This document shows positions 11,181 to 24,592 of a stretch of DNA of 64,000 nt, in pieces (position 1 is the first letter of the stretch; each line of letters begins with the position of its first letter). The stretch lies in the NCBI GenBank assembly GCA_965178125.1, contig OZ237758.1, positions 124,001 to 188,000 of the forward strand, given 5' to 3'. The translations under genes and the position numbers were made by a program. Below the pieces are notes generated by a model. The model was given only the letters and a program-made list of their open reading frames with translations, was not told the origin of the DNA and did not search any database. The stretch is from Bilabrum cf. latius (lineage: Eukaryota).

Positions 11181-14100
11181 TCACGACTCGTCCCCAGCCT
11201 GCAGCAGGCTCGCCAGCTCTTCCTCCGAGAGTATCTCTTCCTCCAAGTCCCCGATCACCTCGTGCACCTCCTCCTCTTCGATGTCGAAACCGCTGTACTG
11301 GTACGGCACCTGCTCGTAGGTCTCCAGGCCCTGGTCCAGCACGTGCCCCTGCGCATCCAGCGGGATGACCACGCCCTCGTACCTGTCCCTGGCGCTGCGG
11401 CGGTTGACCAGCACCTCCAGGTTGCGCTTGTTCTCCAAGTCCTGGTCGATCCGCTTGTACGCCTCGTGGTCCGGTCGCAGCTTCCGCAGCAGCTGGGTCC
11501 TGGGCCCGGCCCCCTCCTGCTCCGCACTTGTTCCCTCGGCCATGGCCGCGTCCCTCTCGTCGCTGAGCATCGCGGGCCGCGGCCTCCAGGAGACAGTGTG
11601 CAGCACTGACACCCGCTGGTCCTGCATCTTCTTGCCGAGGATGTCAAACACGGACCACCCGTTGTTGGACTGGTCCGCTGGGATCTGCACCTGCGCGATG
11701 TCCGGGTGCTCGTGCTGCTGCGAGCACAGAACCACCCTGCCGCTGGGGCTCCAGTGCAGGTTGTTGCACGCGCACGACACGTGGCTCATGACCTTGCCGG
11801 TCTCAACATCGTAGAACTCGAGCGAGTTGCTGGGGCCCGCGATCAGCAGCACCCGCCCCGCCGGGCTCCACGCCAGCCGCGAGGCGGCCTTGTCGTGCAG
11901 CTCGCGCAAGACGGGGGTCTTGGCGCCCGCCATGCCGGCTCGCATCACGTCCACCGCGGGAGCACTCGCCGCGCCCCGCTTCCCGCCCCGCTTGCCCTTC
12001 TTGCCCTTGCCCTTGCCGCCCGCCCCCGGGACCGCAGACCCCCCTGCCCCGGCGCCCCGCTGCTGCTGCTCCTTCATCCTGGCTGCGGGATCCGTCGAGT
12101 ACACGCGCACCGTGCACTTGTTGCGGTCGTGGCCATAGGCCACCGCGAAGCAGTCGCCCCTGCCGTGGTCTGGCCGGCCCGTGGCCCGCCTCCTCCTCTT
12201 GCCGGCACCGATGCCCGCGCCACCCACGATCCCGCCGCCCGACCCGGACGAAGGTCCATCGCTTCCGCCCGAGCCCCGCTCCCACGCCACGTGGTCGGGC
12301 CGCGGCTCCCACTGCACCGCATGCACCCTTGTGGGCACCGTCACCGCGTCCACCTGGCAGGGCAGCCTGCCCTCCGCGTTGCGGGCCCCGAACCGGTACA
12401 CGTCGATCTGGGTGTTATCGATGGCGTCGTCGCGGAGGCCGTCCGCCCCGCCGTGCTCCGCCAGCATCTTCTCCGCGTTCTTGGACTTTACGGTGAGCAT
12501 CTCCGCGGCGAGGTAGTGCCCCTCTGGGTGCCAGTGCACCCTCAGCTCCGCCACGTGCATGCGCTTGTTCCCCCGCACCACCCTCAGCTTGGGGTTGGTC
12601 GCCAGGCCGAGGTCCAGCACCTCGAGGTACACGCCCCCGGGGCCACCATCAGCGCGGTACCACGCCAGCAGCGAGTTGTTCCCACCCGGGGGGCAGCAGA
12701 GGCCCGTGATGCCCACGGTCTTGATGGCGTCATCCATCGCCGGAGTCATGTCGCGCGTGGTGCCGTCCCCACGCGTGCGGTACACCATCAGGCCCGCCTG
12801 GGTGGCCCTGTAGAAGAACTTGCTGTCGGCTGTGAAGCCCGCCATGGGCTCGGCGGAGTCGGGGTTACCCTGCGGGAATGACTCGAGCTGCCTGCCGCTG
12901 AGGACGTCCCACACCTGCAGGTCGCACACGTGCTTGTCGTTGCCCTCGAATCCGCTGAACGTCCACATGAGCGTCTCGTCGTTGCTGTACGCGAACTGCC
13001 TCAGCGTGTGCGGCTGCCTCATGCCGAACATCTCCACAAACTGCTGGCTGTGGTCGAATACCCGGTGGGAGCGGAACCCGCCTTCGTTCGTGTGCGTCTG
13101 CTCGATCGTCTCCGCGTTGTGCGCGGCCAGGTACGTCCCCTGGGGCGACCAGCGCACGGCGTAGTCTGCCACCACGTCGCACTGAGGCACCTCCTTGCCC
13201 TCCTCCTGCCCGGCGCCAGTGCCGTCGCCCCCACCAGGCACGTCCTCCACGCGCCCGTGCCCGTCGCACCACATGACCTGCGTCTCGTCCCCGCTCACGC
13301 GCAGGGCGAATTGGTCCCTGGACATCGGATCCAGCATCCACTCGTGCGCTCCGGGGGTGGGCACGCAACGCAGCTGCGCCACCTCGGGGGCCGTGCCGCC
13401 GGCCTCCTGCACGAACTTCTGGGCCTCTGCCACGGAGTGGTAGGGGAACACCTTGACCACGGCCTTGGCGGACTTGTCGCTGATGGGCAGCCCGTCGATC
13501 TCGGTCTCGCCCTTCTTGAGCTCGTAGCTCTCGGGGACCTCCCTCCGCTTGAAGTCGGGGATGAACCGGCCCTTGGCGTCCTTCATGAACTACCCCGTGG
13601 CAGGGTCGCGCTTCTTTACCTTCGCGATCACGTACCTGGTCTTCCGCACCTTCTGGTACAGGTCGTAAGCAGATTTTGGGCTCTCAAAGAGCACCATCGC
13701 GTCACCCGTCGTCTTGCCGTCCTCTCCCACCGCCACTTCCAGACGGAGCACGTTGCCGAATTCGCCAAGCACGCGGAGCAGAGTACGACGCATTGCATCC
13801 GGCTTGCTCACTACAGGGACGTTGCTCAGGAGCATAATTTCGTCCATTGACTGCGAAGTCGGGGGCGACGGCTGATGGTTTAGTGCAGTCTCGAAAGGCG
13901 TCCTAGCGGTGCCATAAGTTGCCACACAGGCCACCCAAAAGGCGTGAATAGATATAATTGCAATAAAAACGACCCGTTGCGCATGCGGAGCTGCTCGATG
14001 CCTGGCCAGGCCAGCTGAGAACTGCCGTTCTAGGCGGGGTTCCTTGCTTGAATCCTAGCGCCGTCTTCAGCCCACAAAGATTACAATCAAAAGCGTAATC

Positions 14101-14309
14101 CGCGTTCTTCTTGGTCTCACCGGCTCAAATTGAAACGCATCCAGGGACTGCTTGCTGCCATCGTCGAACTTTTTCAGCTCTGCGATCTGCTCGAGGAGCT
14201 GGGCTTCTTCCTCCTGCAATGCGGCAAGTTTCGCTGCCAGACCATCGTCCTACGCCGATGAAGCTCCGGCTCCAGAGGCAGCGCCAGATGCTGCTTCGCT
14301 AGAGGCCAT
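11181..14309 (-). CDS. eIF3b: Eukaryotic translation initiation factor 3 subunit B-like (RRM plus WD40 propeller), divergent; exon 14309-14121, intron to about 13851-13872, exon to 11181; TAG at 14250 and 13590
   Basis: RRM-like IMLLSNVPVV...EFGNV...KTTGDAMVLF; WSPQGTYL, WHPEGHYLA, WSPAGR, LEFYD, WSPSGR, SWRPRP; acidic EEEILSEEE C-terminus typical of eIF3b/Prt1. Ends TGA. Confidence 0.8.
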
Positions 14310-14521
14310 ACTTTATTCGATATTCAATTCCCAGAACTACCGTACACGTACAACTTTCCGACGCGGCGAGTGATCGAAACTAAATACACCTTATTATTCT
14401 GTAGAAATCTGCATTAGGCCCATCCTATATGACGAGGACGGCCAAACTTGGCGCAGCCTGCTCACACTGCGATATTTTCCCCGGGTTTGCTTATATACAT
14501 CAATTTATCAATTGTGACGCC

Positions 14522-17500
14522 ATGGTAGAGTCTGATCGATGGAAGAAGATGATTTCCGACATACGAGACGCCATCGTTGTTATAAGGTGTGCTCAGTTCG
14601 TTCCGTAGATGCCGAGGAGGCGTCCTACTCCACCGCAACTGGATTTGTTGTTGATGCAGAACGTGGTATTATCTTGACGAATCGCCACGTGGTGCAGCTC
14701 GCCCCGATAGAGGCCGAAGCAGTCTTCCAGAACAAGGAGGAGGTTGAACTGCTGCCGCTGTACAGGGATCCTGTGCATGACTTTGGTTTCTTTTCGTTTG
14801 TTCCGTCTCAAGTCCGCCATCAGCGCCTGAAGCAGATACCGCTGAATCCGTCGGGCGCGCAAGTCGGCGTATCTATTCGTGTCGTCGGGAACGACGACGG
14901 CGAGAAGCTTAGCATCCTACAGGGCACGATTGCTCGAATCGACCGGAATGCCCCTACCTACAATGGGGGCTACTCTGACATGAACACGTTCTATGTTGCG
15001 TGCGCGTCTTCTACGAGCGGGGGCAGCAGCGGCAGCCCCGTGCTGAACATCCACGGGGAGGCGGTGGCGCTCAACGCGGGCGGCTCCTTCCTGGCTGCCT
15101 CTTCGTTCTACCTACCCGTGGGCAGGGTGCGCCGTGCGCTGCGACTGCTGCAGCACGGCTACAGGGTACCCCGGGGCTCGTTCCGCATGCGCCTGGTGCA
15201 CGAGCCCTTCGACGAGGCCAAGAGACTTGGAATGAGCAGCGAGGCGGAGAGGAGCGCCAGGATCCCCAGGGGGGTGCTCGGGGGACGAGGAGAGGGGGGG
15301 TGCTCTGCGGCGGCTGGAGCGGGGGAGGACGGTGGAGACTCGTCCAACAAGGAGACGGGCGTGATCGTGGTCAGGCGCATGGTCCCGGGGGGTCCTATGG
15401 CCGGGCTGGAGGGCGAGACAGATGCAGGCGGGGCAGAGGGAGCAACCGGGCCCGTTGGGGGCGGAGAGGCAGAGGGAGAAAGCAAGGCCAAGAGCAGCAC
15501 CGGGGGTTTGCCAGCGGGTGCCCGCTGCACCCGGTTGCGCGAGGGCGACGTGGTGGTGAAGGTGAACGGACAGACGGTGACCAAGTTCGACCCCTTGGAG
15601 GAGGCAGCGGACAACGCCAGGGCCGTGGGCGAGAGCGTGTCCATCGCGCTGGAGGCGGCAGGGGAGGCCGTGGGGCTGCGGTGGAGGCGATCGAGGCGGG
15701 AGGACGCGCCTGTCGAGGGCAATGCCGCAAGCGCGAGTGCGAGTGGGGGCATGACTCATTGGGAAGGCGTGCTGGACGCAGCAGTCAAAGAGGCGCGGCA
15801 AGCGATAGAGGCAGGAGGCACCGAGGCAGCAGCGGCCGTGTCGGCTGGATCATCCGCTGCAGGCGTCGATCGCATCGAGGAACACTCTGAGGGAGCACTG
15901 CCCGGGGCTGTCCCACACAGCTTGCTGGCTCGGCTGCAGCGAGGCCTTGCCTGGGTCAGCGGGGCAGGTTGCGAGGATGTTCCCATGGAACATACAACCG
16001 AAGCCCTGGTATCGGCTGTGCGTGCAGACTTGTCCGGGCTGGTGTCACCGCCCGTGCACGATGGTGAGGACAAGAGTGAGGATCAGGACGACAGCGGGGC
16101 TGGGCACCCTGCAGCTGCCAGTCTGCCAGCTGGCCCAGCCGGGGCGGCCAGTGGCAGCGGTGCGGCTGAAGCCCCGGAATTATCGCGGCAGTCGTCGAGG
16201 GATGTACCACCTGTGTCGGCGAGCGACATGAAGGTGCGGCTGGGCGGGCCCGTTCCCCCGGTTAGCTGTCTCCCCGCCGTTGCAATTCGCGGTTCTCACC
16301 CTTACGCTGACCCGTGCCCACTGGCCCCCGCCTAGCTCACCGTCTTGGAGACCATCGTGGCGCGCTTGGAGGCGGGGCAGGCGGAGCTGGGATCGGGTGC
16401 AGGGCCAGCAGACCGGGCGCTGTGCCTGGCACAGGCAGTGCAGGGGGGCATGGCGAGCGCTCTAGTGGCCTCGCCCGTGCTTCTCGAGGCGATCGCAGCC
16501 GACACGGTGCGTTGGGAATCGGAGAAGTGCGACATAGAGGGCAACCAGGAGGCAGGCCCGAGCACGGGACCAGCGAGCGGGGCCGGACACGCAGCAGGCG
16601 AGACGTCCAAGCCTGTGCACGCGGAAGAGGCAGGCGAAGAGAGGCCCTGGCACGTGGAGTGGTACGCGGGGGCGAGGGTCAGGGCACAGGGCGCAGCCCT
16701 CCTGGTGCCTGCGCTCGCCGAAGTGTCCGTTGAGCGGGGCGGGGTCAGGCTCGCGTGCGTTGCACCCGTGGACGACGCGCACGCGCTCGTGCCCTCCACT
16801 CTGCTCGAGTACTCCAACGGGGTCGTGCACCCGATGGGCCTATGGAGCGCGGTGGAGTACTCGGTGCCTGTGGGCAGCCCGCTCGTGTCCAGCTCGGGAC
16901 ATAGCCTCTACCAGGCTGGCTTGCAGCCCATTGACGTCATGCTGGCCGTGGACGGGCGGGCGGTCCGCACTGTCCAGGACGCCAGGGATGTGCTGGCCTC
17001 GTGCTTCGACAGACAGAGGGTGGCGTTCGAGTGGACGTGTCCGTGGCAGCCGAACGTCACGCGGACCAAGGTGGGCACGATCGACCACTCGTGGAGCAAG
17101 ATGTGCGAGTGGCGCAGGCAGGACAGCCGCGGGGGCTGGGAGACGATCCCCGTCGACGCCAACATGGAGGTGCAGCCCCAGGAGCCGCACCCGGCCAAGG
17201 TGCCGGAAGAGCCCGGTGCGACCGACACGGTGATGCGGGCCTACCGATCGATCGTCTCGGTGCGTGTCGAAGTGCCCGTCGCGATCGACGGGGTGCTCAG
17301 CACATCGATCGAGGGCTGCGGTTACGTGGTGGACGTGGAACGCGGCCTGATCCTGACGGACCGGAACACCACGATCTGCCCCATCTGTGACGTCAGAGTC
17401 ACCATCTTTGGGTCGGTGGAGGTGCCCGCTCGCCTGCTCTTCCTCCACCCCACGCACGGATACGGCATCATCCAGGCAGACCTCAGGGGGCAGCCGGTCA

Positions 17501-18897
17501 CCGCCATCCGACTGGCGAGCAAGCCGCCCACTCCGGGCAAGGAGTACCTGGCCGTGGGCGTGGCGCACGACTCTGCGGCCGTAACCACCAAAATGACAGT
17601 GATGCGGCGGAAATGCCACTACCCGAGCGATTTCTAGAAGCCCATGCACCGAGTGGTCAACGAGGAGTACATCTCGCTCGACAAGCAGATCAAGTACAAG
17701 GGCGGGCTCATCCTCGACCTCAACGCCAGTACTAACGCAGCTTCTGCTGCATCTGGAGCGGCCGGTGCCGCGGACTAGACGGAATCCACGACTCCCGAGG
17801 CGGTTGGCGTGTTTATGGCTGTGAGGCAGCCGAAGGGGTCCAGCAAGTTCCAGCAGTTCCACGTGCACCTGGTCGCTGAGTCGCTGCGAGATGGAGTGTT
17901 GCCTCTGCAGCGGGGCCTGCCGGCGCAGCCCACTGTGTTTAGTCCCTTCGTTGAGTTTACTCGCATGGCGATCTCCGAGGCTCGCGCTGGCTACAAGCTG
18001 TCACAGGATTGGATCGATCGGCTTGAAGCGGTCCCACACAGCCAGAGGACGGTGCTGCAGGTAATGCGCGTCATGAAGACCGGCCCCGCGTCAGGAGTGC
18101 TTAGACCTACGGATCTTCTGCTGGAGGTGGACGGGCAAGTCTGCAGCCGCGCGAGGCAGGCCACTCGCTGCATCCACAACGCCGCGGTGAGGCGGTCGGG
18201 CCTAGGGGTGCCGTCTCCCTCCGAGATGGACAACGAGCTGTAGGCACTGGGTACTGGAATACGGCAGGCAGGAAGTGGCGAGGCTGACAGCGGTGCGGGC
18301 TCTAGTGGGGAGGCAAGCGATGCGGCAGGTCTGGCGGTGAGGCCTTTGGTAAAAGTGCCTGTGACAGTGCTGCGTCGTGGGCGCGAGATGCACCTGGAGG
18401 TGCCGGTGCGGCCGGTCCTGCCGATCGAGACTAGGGCAGTCTTGCTGTGGCAGGGGCTTCTGCTACAGCAAACGGCCTCTGCTGTGTTGCTGCAGGACGA
18501 GTACATGCCGGACGGTGGAGGGCTCTTCGTGACAAAGCAGCTGTCCGGCTCGGCCGCACAGAAGTACGGTCTGTGCGCGTCTGTGTGGGTGACGGAGGTT
18601 TAGGGGCACCCCACACCAGATTTCAAGTCGTTCTACCGTGCAGTGCACGGGATGCAGCACAGAGCCAGCGTGAGGGTCAAGACCGTGTCGCAGTCTGGCG
18701 AGGTACGCATGCGGACGATGCGTGTGGATAGCAAGAACTTCAAGACTGCGCTTGCCTGGATGCCAGGTCGGGGGCGGCTTGAGGCTGTTCCCATGGGCGA
18801 TGTTGGGGCCACAAGGGACTGGAAATTGGTATCGGAGGCGGACGTGGACAGGATTGGAGACGATATCCTGGACCGGTGCAGCGACATGCAGCTTTGA
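14522..18897 (+). CDS. Nma111/DegP7-like tandem HtrA serine protease; probable intron 16234-16335; apparent 1-nt frameshift near 14584; TAG at 17635, 17776, 18241, 18601
   Basis: Catalytic triad motifs TGFVVDAERGIILTNRHVV (His), YRDPVHDFGF (Asp) and TSGGSSGSPV (Ser). A second protease-like repeat GYVVDVERGLILTDRN...FLHPTHGY and PDZ-like segments follow. All downstream ORF pieces share one frame. Ends TGA. Confidence 0.9.
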
Positions 18898-19071
18898 GAG
18901 GTGACCGTCGGGACGGGCCGGCTCAGCCCGGAAAGGCCTGCCACAATCCAGGACTGCCTGGCCCCATTTTTGCGCAAATGGCTGCCCAAGGTCTATCCGG
19001 GGACTTACAAAAATAATTAATACACCACAGCGCTTAATAAGTTCCATTATAGCCTTTAGGTATCCGGTGTA

Positions 19072-21464
19072 TCACGCAAACGGGTCGAAGTCCATGTCGG
19101 TGTCCGGCTTCTTCTTGCCAGCTGAGGACTTGGGTTGACCAGACAGTTGACCAGAGCTGGCGGTGGAAATGGCTGGCGACGACCCGCCCATGCCTCCCAT
19201 ACTGGACGGCATGCCACCCCCCATCATGCCACCCATTCCGCCCTGCATCATCCCACCCATTCCGCCTTGCATAGGCTGACCGTACATCTGCCCTTGCGGC
19301 ACGCCACTGTACTGCATGCCCTATGCGCCGCCAGCGTAGCCACCGGGATGCATCCCCGCCCCACCCCCCATCTAACTGCCGCCCGCCATATCAAAAGGAT
19401 TAGGGGCGCCACCACCCATGCCAGGTCCACCCATGCCAGGTCCTCCCATGCCAGGTCCTCCCATGCCAGGTCCACCCATGCCAGGTCCACCCATGCCAGG
19501 TCCACCCATGCCAGGTCCACCCATGCCAGGTCCACCCATGCCAGGTCCACCCATGCCAGGTCCACCCATGCCAGTTCCTTGCACAGTCCGCATGACTTCC
19601 CTCTTTGGCGCCCCGGCCTCCCCCGCGACCCTGTCCTCCATCTCCTTGGCAGCCTGCATCTGCGCGAGTGTCTGCTTGGGCCGTGACATGCCCGTCCCTG
19701 CACCCGCGCCGCCGCTGCCGCTGGGCTTGCCAGAGAGGTCTCCGGCGAGGTCGCTGATATCGAAGAGAGCCGCGTCCTCGTCCTCTTCTTCTCCAGCCGC
19801 CCCCGCTCCGCCGGCCATCGCATCGATCGCTGCATCATCCGGATCCATGGCTCCACTCGCCCTTGCTCCGCCCCCTCGTGGGGTATTGCCGTGTGCGCCA
19901 GGAGCACCCATGCTGAAGTCGAGCCCCGCGAGTGCAGCATCCACATCGTCTGGCACGCTCGCGCCTGCCCCGCCCGTGCCCTAAGGCGCAGGGGCGAACG
20001 GATCCAGCTCCTCTTCCTCTGCTGGCGGCGAAGGGGCGGGTGCAGGGGGGCCTCCGCCTGCCATGCCCTGCAGCACGCGGCGGCCGATCTCCCCCCGGGA
20101 GGCGGTGGTGGGCGTCAGCGCGCGGGCTCCTGAGGAGGAGTCCCCGAATGGATCGGCGTCCTCTGCGGCGGCTGTGGGCCCGCTGCCCGCCCCCGTGTCC
20201 TCCCCGAACACGTCACCGAACTCATCGTCTTCGCCATCGTCGGCAGCAGCAGCAGCAGCAGGAGAGCTCCCTCCACCGCTGCCCTCCCCGAACACGTCCA
20301 GCCCGTCATCTCCGTCTCCGTCCGGACCACCGTCCCCTCCCCCCGCAAAGGGGTCAAACCCCCCGTCGTCCCCTCCCCCCGTCTCACCGCCGCCACCACC
20401 GTCCCCGAACGGGTCAAACCCCCCGGTGTCCTCTCTCTGCACGGCCTTGGGCCGAAGCTTGCTGCCCCCCTTGGCGCCCTTCTTGCTCTTGCCCTTGCTC
20501 TTCTTGCCCTTCCTCGCCTGTTCGGCTTTCTGCTTCGCTACGAACTCGTCCAGACTCACGCGCTTCACCGCCTCCAGCTCGGGGTCGTACTCGGAGCCCG
20601 AACCGGAGCCGGTGCTGGCGCCGCCCGAGGAAGAGGTTCCGCCGCTGGATCGGGCCGCGTCCCTCTGCTCCTTGGCCCAGCGGCCCAGCTCCAGCACGCT
20701 CGTGCGCGGCAGTGACTCGAACGGATACCGGTCCAGCTCCAGCTCTGCGGTGCGTGGCACGGGAAGAGCATGGCGGACACGCCTAAAATAAAGGATCTAC
20801 AGCAAACACACCGCATATAAAGCGGATACATTGCTTTACAGGCGTGAAAAGTCAGTCCAGGCTGTCCAGGGGCTGCACCAGCGACCGGGTCGTTGCAGGA
20901 TCGATCGTTAGGCCCGTGTCTCACCGTACCCGCTTGCGGCCGTGATTATCACAGTAACTAGATGTCCGTATATGGTGAAAGAATGCTTCCACTCTCCCAG
21001 TGTGCTCTGCTCACGTGAAAACGATGGAGCCATAGTGCTGGGATCAGTAGACATGTCATCAGCGCGAGCGGCACGGGTACCAGCTTCAAACGGCGTACCA
21101 CAAAGCGATAGACCAACGAACGCTTGTCATATAGTACTCCGTGATCAGCACTTAGGGGTGGCAGCAGCTATAGCAACAAGCCTAGGCAACCGTCCACGCT
21201 CACCTCAGACGTCGTGTGCACCTGTCGCTGGTTGCATGCGATTACTTTTTTGCCCGAGAACCTGGAATGGATAAGCACTATATTGTGGTCTTTAGGATTG
21301 CCCTCAAATGCGAAGCGCCATACCACCCGCATCTTGGTGCCCATGCCACCTTTGGATACGTCCTGCTCCAAATACGCAAGACGCAATGGCCGCCCACTGG
21401 TATTTCCCGCCTTTGGCGAGCCTCCGGGCGAACCAAAAGATCGAGTCGAGTTGAACCTTTGCAT
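19072..21464 (-). CDS. Protein with N-terminal FAIM-like beta domain and DPF/GM-rich low-complexity tail; exons 21464-21204, 21006-20925, 20744-19072; TAG at 19981, 19372, 19321
   Basis: VWRF...HNIVLIHSRFSGKKVI...YELELDRYPFESLP reconstructed across two GTGAG...CAG introns. Repeated FDPF/DPF motifs (endocytic-adaptor-like). Ends TGA. Confidence 0.6.
19416..19572 (-). repeat. 15-bp coding tandem repeat (GGPGM), about 10 copies
   Basis: Directly visible CCATGCCAGGTCCAC/CTC units. Confidence 0.95.
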
Positions 21465-21617
21465 CAGGATTGTGCGTTGGTGTAATTATGGCCCCACAGC
21501 ACGGAGATCCTCGATGATTCATCGCATTTCGCCGCGATTTATTATCATTGGTTGCGTGTACTTGTGACGCACAGAGATTTGTGTCCGTACAGCACAAGGA
21601 GCCCCGACTCGACGGTG

Positions 21618-24428
21618 ATGCGTAGCAATTTATCATTTAGTAGGCTATACTCTCGGGGATAGGGGCTTCGGACGATCGTTGTGCGTGCCTTGAGCTAGTG
21701 CTGCAGCAATGGACAACTGCAACTGGCTTCGAGATTGTCTGGAGGCATGCAATTGCAGGCATTAGCGCAAGCAGCTGGTTCTAGGGTTTCATTTCGAAGC
21801 TGTGCATCGGTACCGGACCGAACGGGCTTGTTCAGAGAGGAGTCGACGGAGCGATGGATGTGGTGGGAAAGGCCGGGCATGCACGAGCTGATCCATGCCA
21901 TTCTGAAGCATAGCAGCCCAGCTCAGGTCAGAAGGCACTACTTTAGAAATAGGAGAAAGTATAGCATTATGCCCGCAATCGCGGCTGCCAGCCATATCGC
22001 CAGCATGGATCCCGACGCGGAGCACCTTGTTGAAGTGGAGGCCTTCCTGGTGCTGATCGAGAAATATATTCACCCCATTTGGCAGAAACTCAGCGTTCGA
22101 GAAATAGCTGCGGTGCTACACATATTTCAGAAATACGGGCGCCCCCCTCGCCAGCTCGTGCTCGCCCGGGCGCCCTACCACATGGACGAGATGCTGCGAC
22201 GAGCATCTGCTCCTGGCGCCATCGACAGCGTGGCCTGGATGCCACCGCTCGACAACGAGCGCAACCGCAGGCAAGCATTTGCATCCCTGGAAATCATGCC
22301 ACGGGAGGGCCCCGTCGCCCCATCGCCATCGCCATCGACATCAAGTGCCTCGGCCTCTTCCGCCGCCAGCACGGCCGGTTCAGGTACCACTGAGCACGCA
22401 GCGGAGCAAGAGCAGGAGGCGGTATCGCTCATGCTGCAGGACGCGTCCTTGCTGAACGCAGCCTCGGCCATGGGCGCTCTGGGCGTGCGCCCTCCGCTGG
22501 TGGCGTCCTCGGTTGTGAGTGCAGCGCTGGACAGTCAGGAGGCCTGGGTGAGGGAGCGGGCGGGCGGGAGGACAAGTGGGGGAGGCGTGAAAGGTGAAGG
22601 TGAAGGTGCAGGTGGACTGGATTCGATCCGTAGGAGTGGCAACTCGGGTCATTCGTCACACCCTATCACCTCTGACGTGTTCGAGGCGGGGCGGCGGCCC
22701 GCTCCCGGTCACCTGACCAGCGCTCCCGTGGTGCGCTGCTGGCCCCTGTCCCAGCAGGTGAATTTCCTGCTGTCCACCGGGAAGATGCACGCGGTGTCTA
22801 TTCCCCTGGCGCTGGAGGTGCTCGGGAACTGCAAGAGGGAGCTGGCTCGTCTGTCCTACCCTCAGGCCGTCTCTTTGGCGTGGTCCGCTTGCTTCCACGG
22901 GGTGCTCGACGTGAGGCTGGCCGTGGACGTGCTGGCCTCGCCGCTCCTGCAGAAGGGACACAGGGACGCAACCGCGGTGGAGCTGCTGCCGGTGGGAACG
23001 CAGCAGCAGCTGCGGCAGCTGCACGTCGCGTTGGAAGCTGTGGTGGGCCGTGCATCCGAGTCGGAGCCTGACGACGACGAGAATGACGAGAATGACGAGA
23101 ACGACGAGAACGACGAAGAGCACCCATCTAGTGCCAGGAGCAGCGGCAGCAACGGCGCAGAACATGGCGTCAAGACGGGCCCTGCGGCCAGGCAGGAGGG
23201 GAAGAAGGCCGCCTCTCGCGCGGCCAAAGAGGCGGCCAGGGGGCTGGTGGCCGCTCTGATGCGGCGGGACTAGGTCACTATGGTGGGGCTGGATGGGGTG
23301 GCCAGGGATCTGCCCCTCAGTATGGGTGGAGAAGAAAGCGGGGTGATTGTGCCCCAGTGTGTAGGTAGTGGCGTGCTTGTGGACGCGGAGGACGTGCCCG
23401 CCCTGCCCTTGGCACTCCGGAGGTCGACTGACGCGGCGATTGGGGGTGCCAGGGCTGGCCGCGAGCCGCTCACAAGGGTCTATTTTTCCGTGGGAGAGGC
23501 CATGCGGGGGGCGGGGGTGCCGGCGCAGGAGGGTGGCTTGCTGAGGGTGCCCTTGGCTGGCTTGCTTGAGGTATCGGGGGAGAGGGACGAGGCCAGGGCC
23601 ATGCGGGGGCGGGGCTCCACGGACGGTTGGGGCGAGTGGGAGGCGGGCGCTGCTCATGGCAGGACAGCTGCTGGTACCTCTAGTGGCAGGGCAGGGGCAC
23701 CAGCGCTTGCTGGTGGATGGGCCGACGAGGCGGCCGCAGGGTACAGCGATATCATCGCCAGGGAGGGGCAGGGTGCAGGGGGGCGCGACCACGGTCATGA
23801 AGGTGCAGTGCACGGCAGTGGGAGCCGTGACTAGGCACCGTGTGCCGTGTTCCGGGTGCCCCTCTGCGTGCCCGACCGCAAGGTGGTGGTGCAGGTGTCG
23901 GGCACTCCGCTGGACCTGCACCTGGGCACGGTGCGGCCTGCCAGCACGAGGGCATCAAGGAAGGGGCACCGGGGCAGGGGGTCGCATGCGGGGCTCGATG
24001 GCACCGGGGATAGTGGGGTGTTTGCGGCGGCCATGGATCGCATGCATGCCCGAGGCGGGTTCCTGGGTCTGGAGGGTCAATTGGAGGGTCGGTTGGAGGG
24101 TCGGTTGGAGGGCGAGGGCGAGGGGTCGCGGGGGGGTGAGATGGGGGTGGCAAGGGCGGCGGCGCTGGATCGTGCGCTGGCCCCGGTGACGATCGGTGAC
24201 GAGGAGTGCTCCGGCGCGTGGTTGCACAGCGCGGCTCGGCGCTGGCTGGTGTCCCAGGGCTGGCAGGTGGTGGAGCTGCAGCTGAGGGACTGGCACAGGC
24301 TGGGGCCCGGGGCCAGGCAGCAGTACATCTGGGAGGTGATGAGCAGAGCAAACAAGGGGTCGAACGGGGCCGACTCTGCGGATCCTAGCCAGGGAGGCTT
24401 CATGAGACGCATGGGGTCCTCATCGTGA
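21618..24428 (+). CDS. RAP-domain (FASTK-like) organellar RNA-binding protein; TAG at 21660, 21696, 23271, 23832
   Basis: C-terminal WLHSAARRWLVSQGWQVVELQLRDWHRL...RQQYI resembles a RAP domain. Helical-repeat-like middle. R/S/L-rich N-terminus. One frame throughout, ends TGA. Confidence 0.72.
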
Positions 24429-24592
24429 TGACCACGCCGAGCGCACGCGACTGCCAGTGGCGTGGCGCACTGCCAGTGGACGGCTCATCGTCACCCGGGG
24501 CTGCCAGTGTGCAGGCGAGGCGTCGTCCACAAGTGTGCCCGTGCTCGCACCACAAATTGATTGTTGATACAGGTTGAACAGATTGCAATAAG

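Noticed and set aside
16234-16335. TAG at 16333 in the Nma111-like protease
   Set aside because: Probably the 3' acceptor of a 102-nt intron (AAG|GTGCGG...GCTGAC...CCTAG), so it is excluded from the TAG count.
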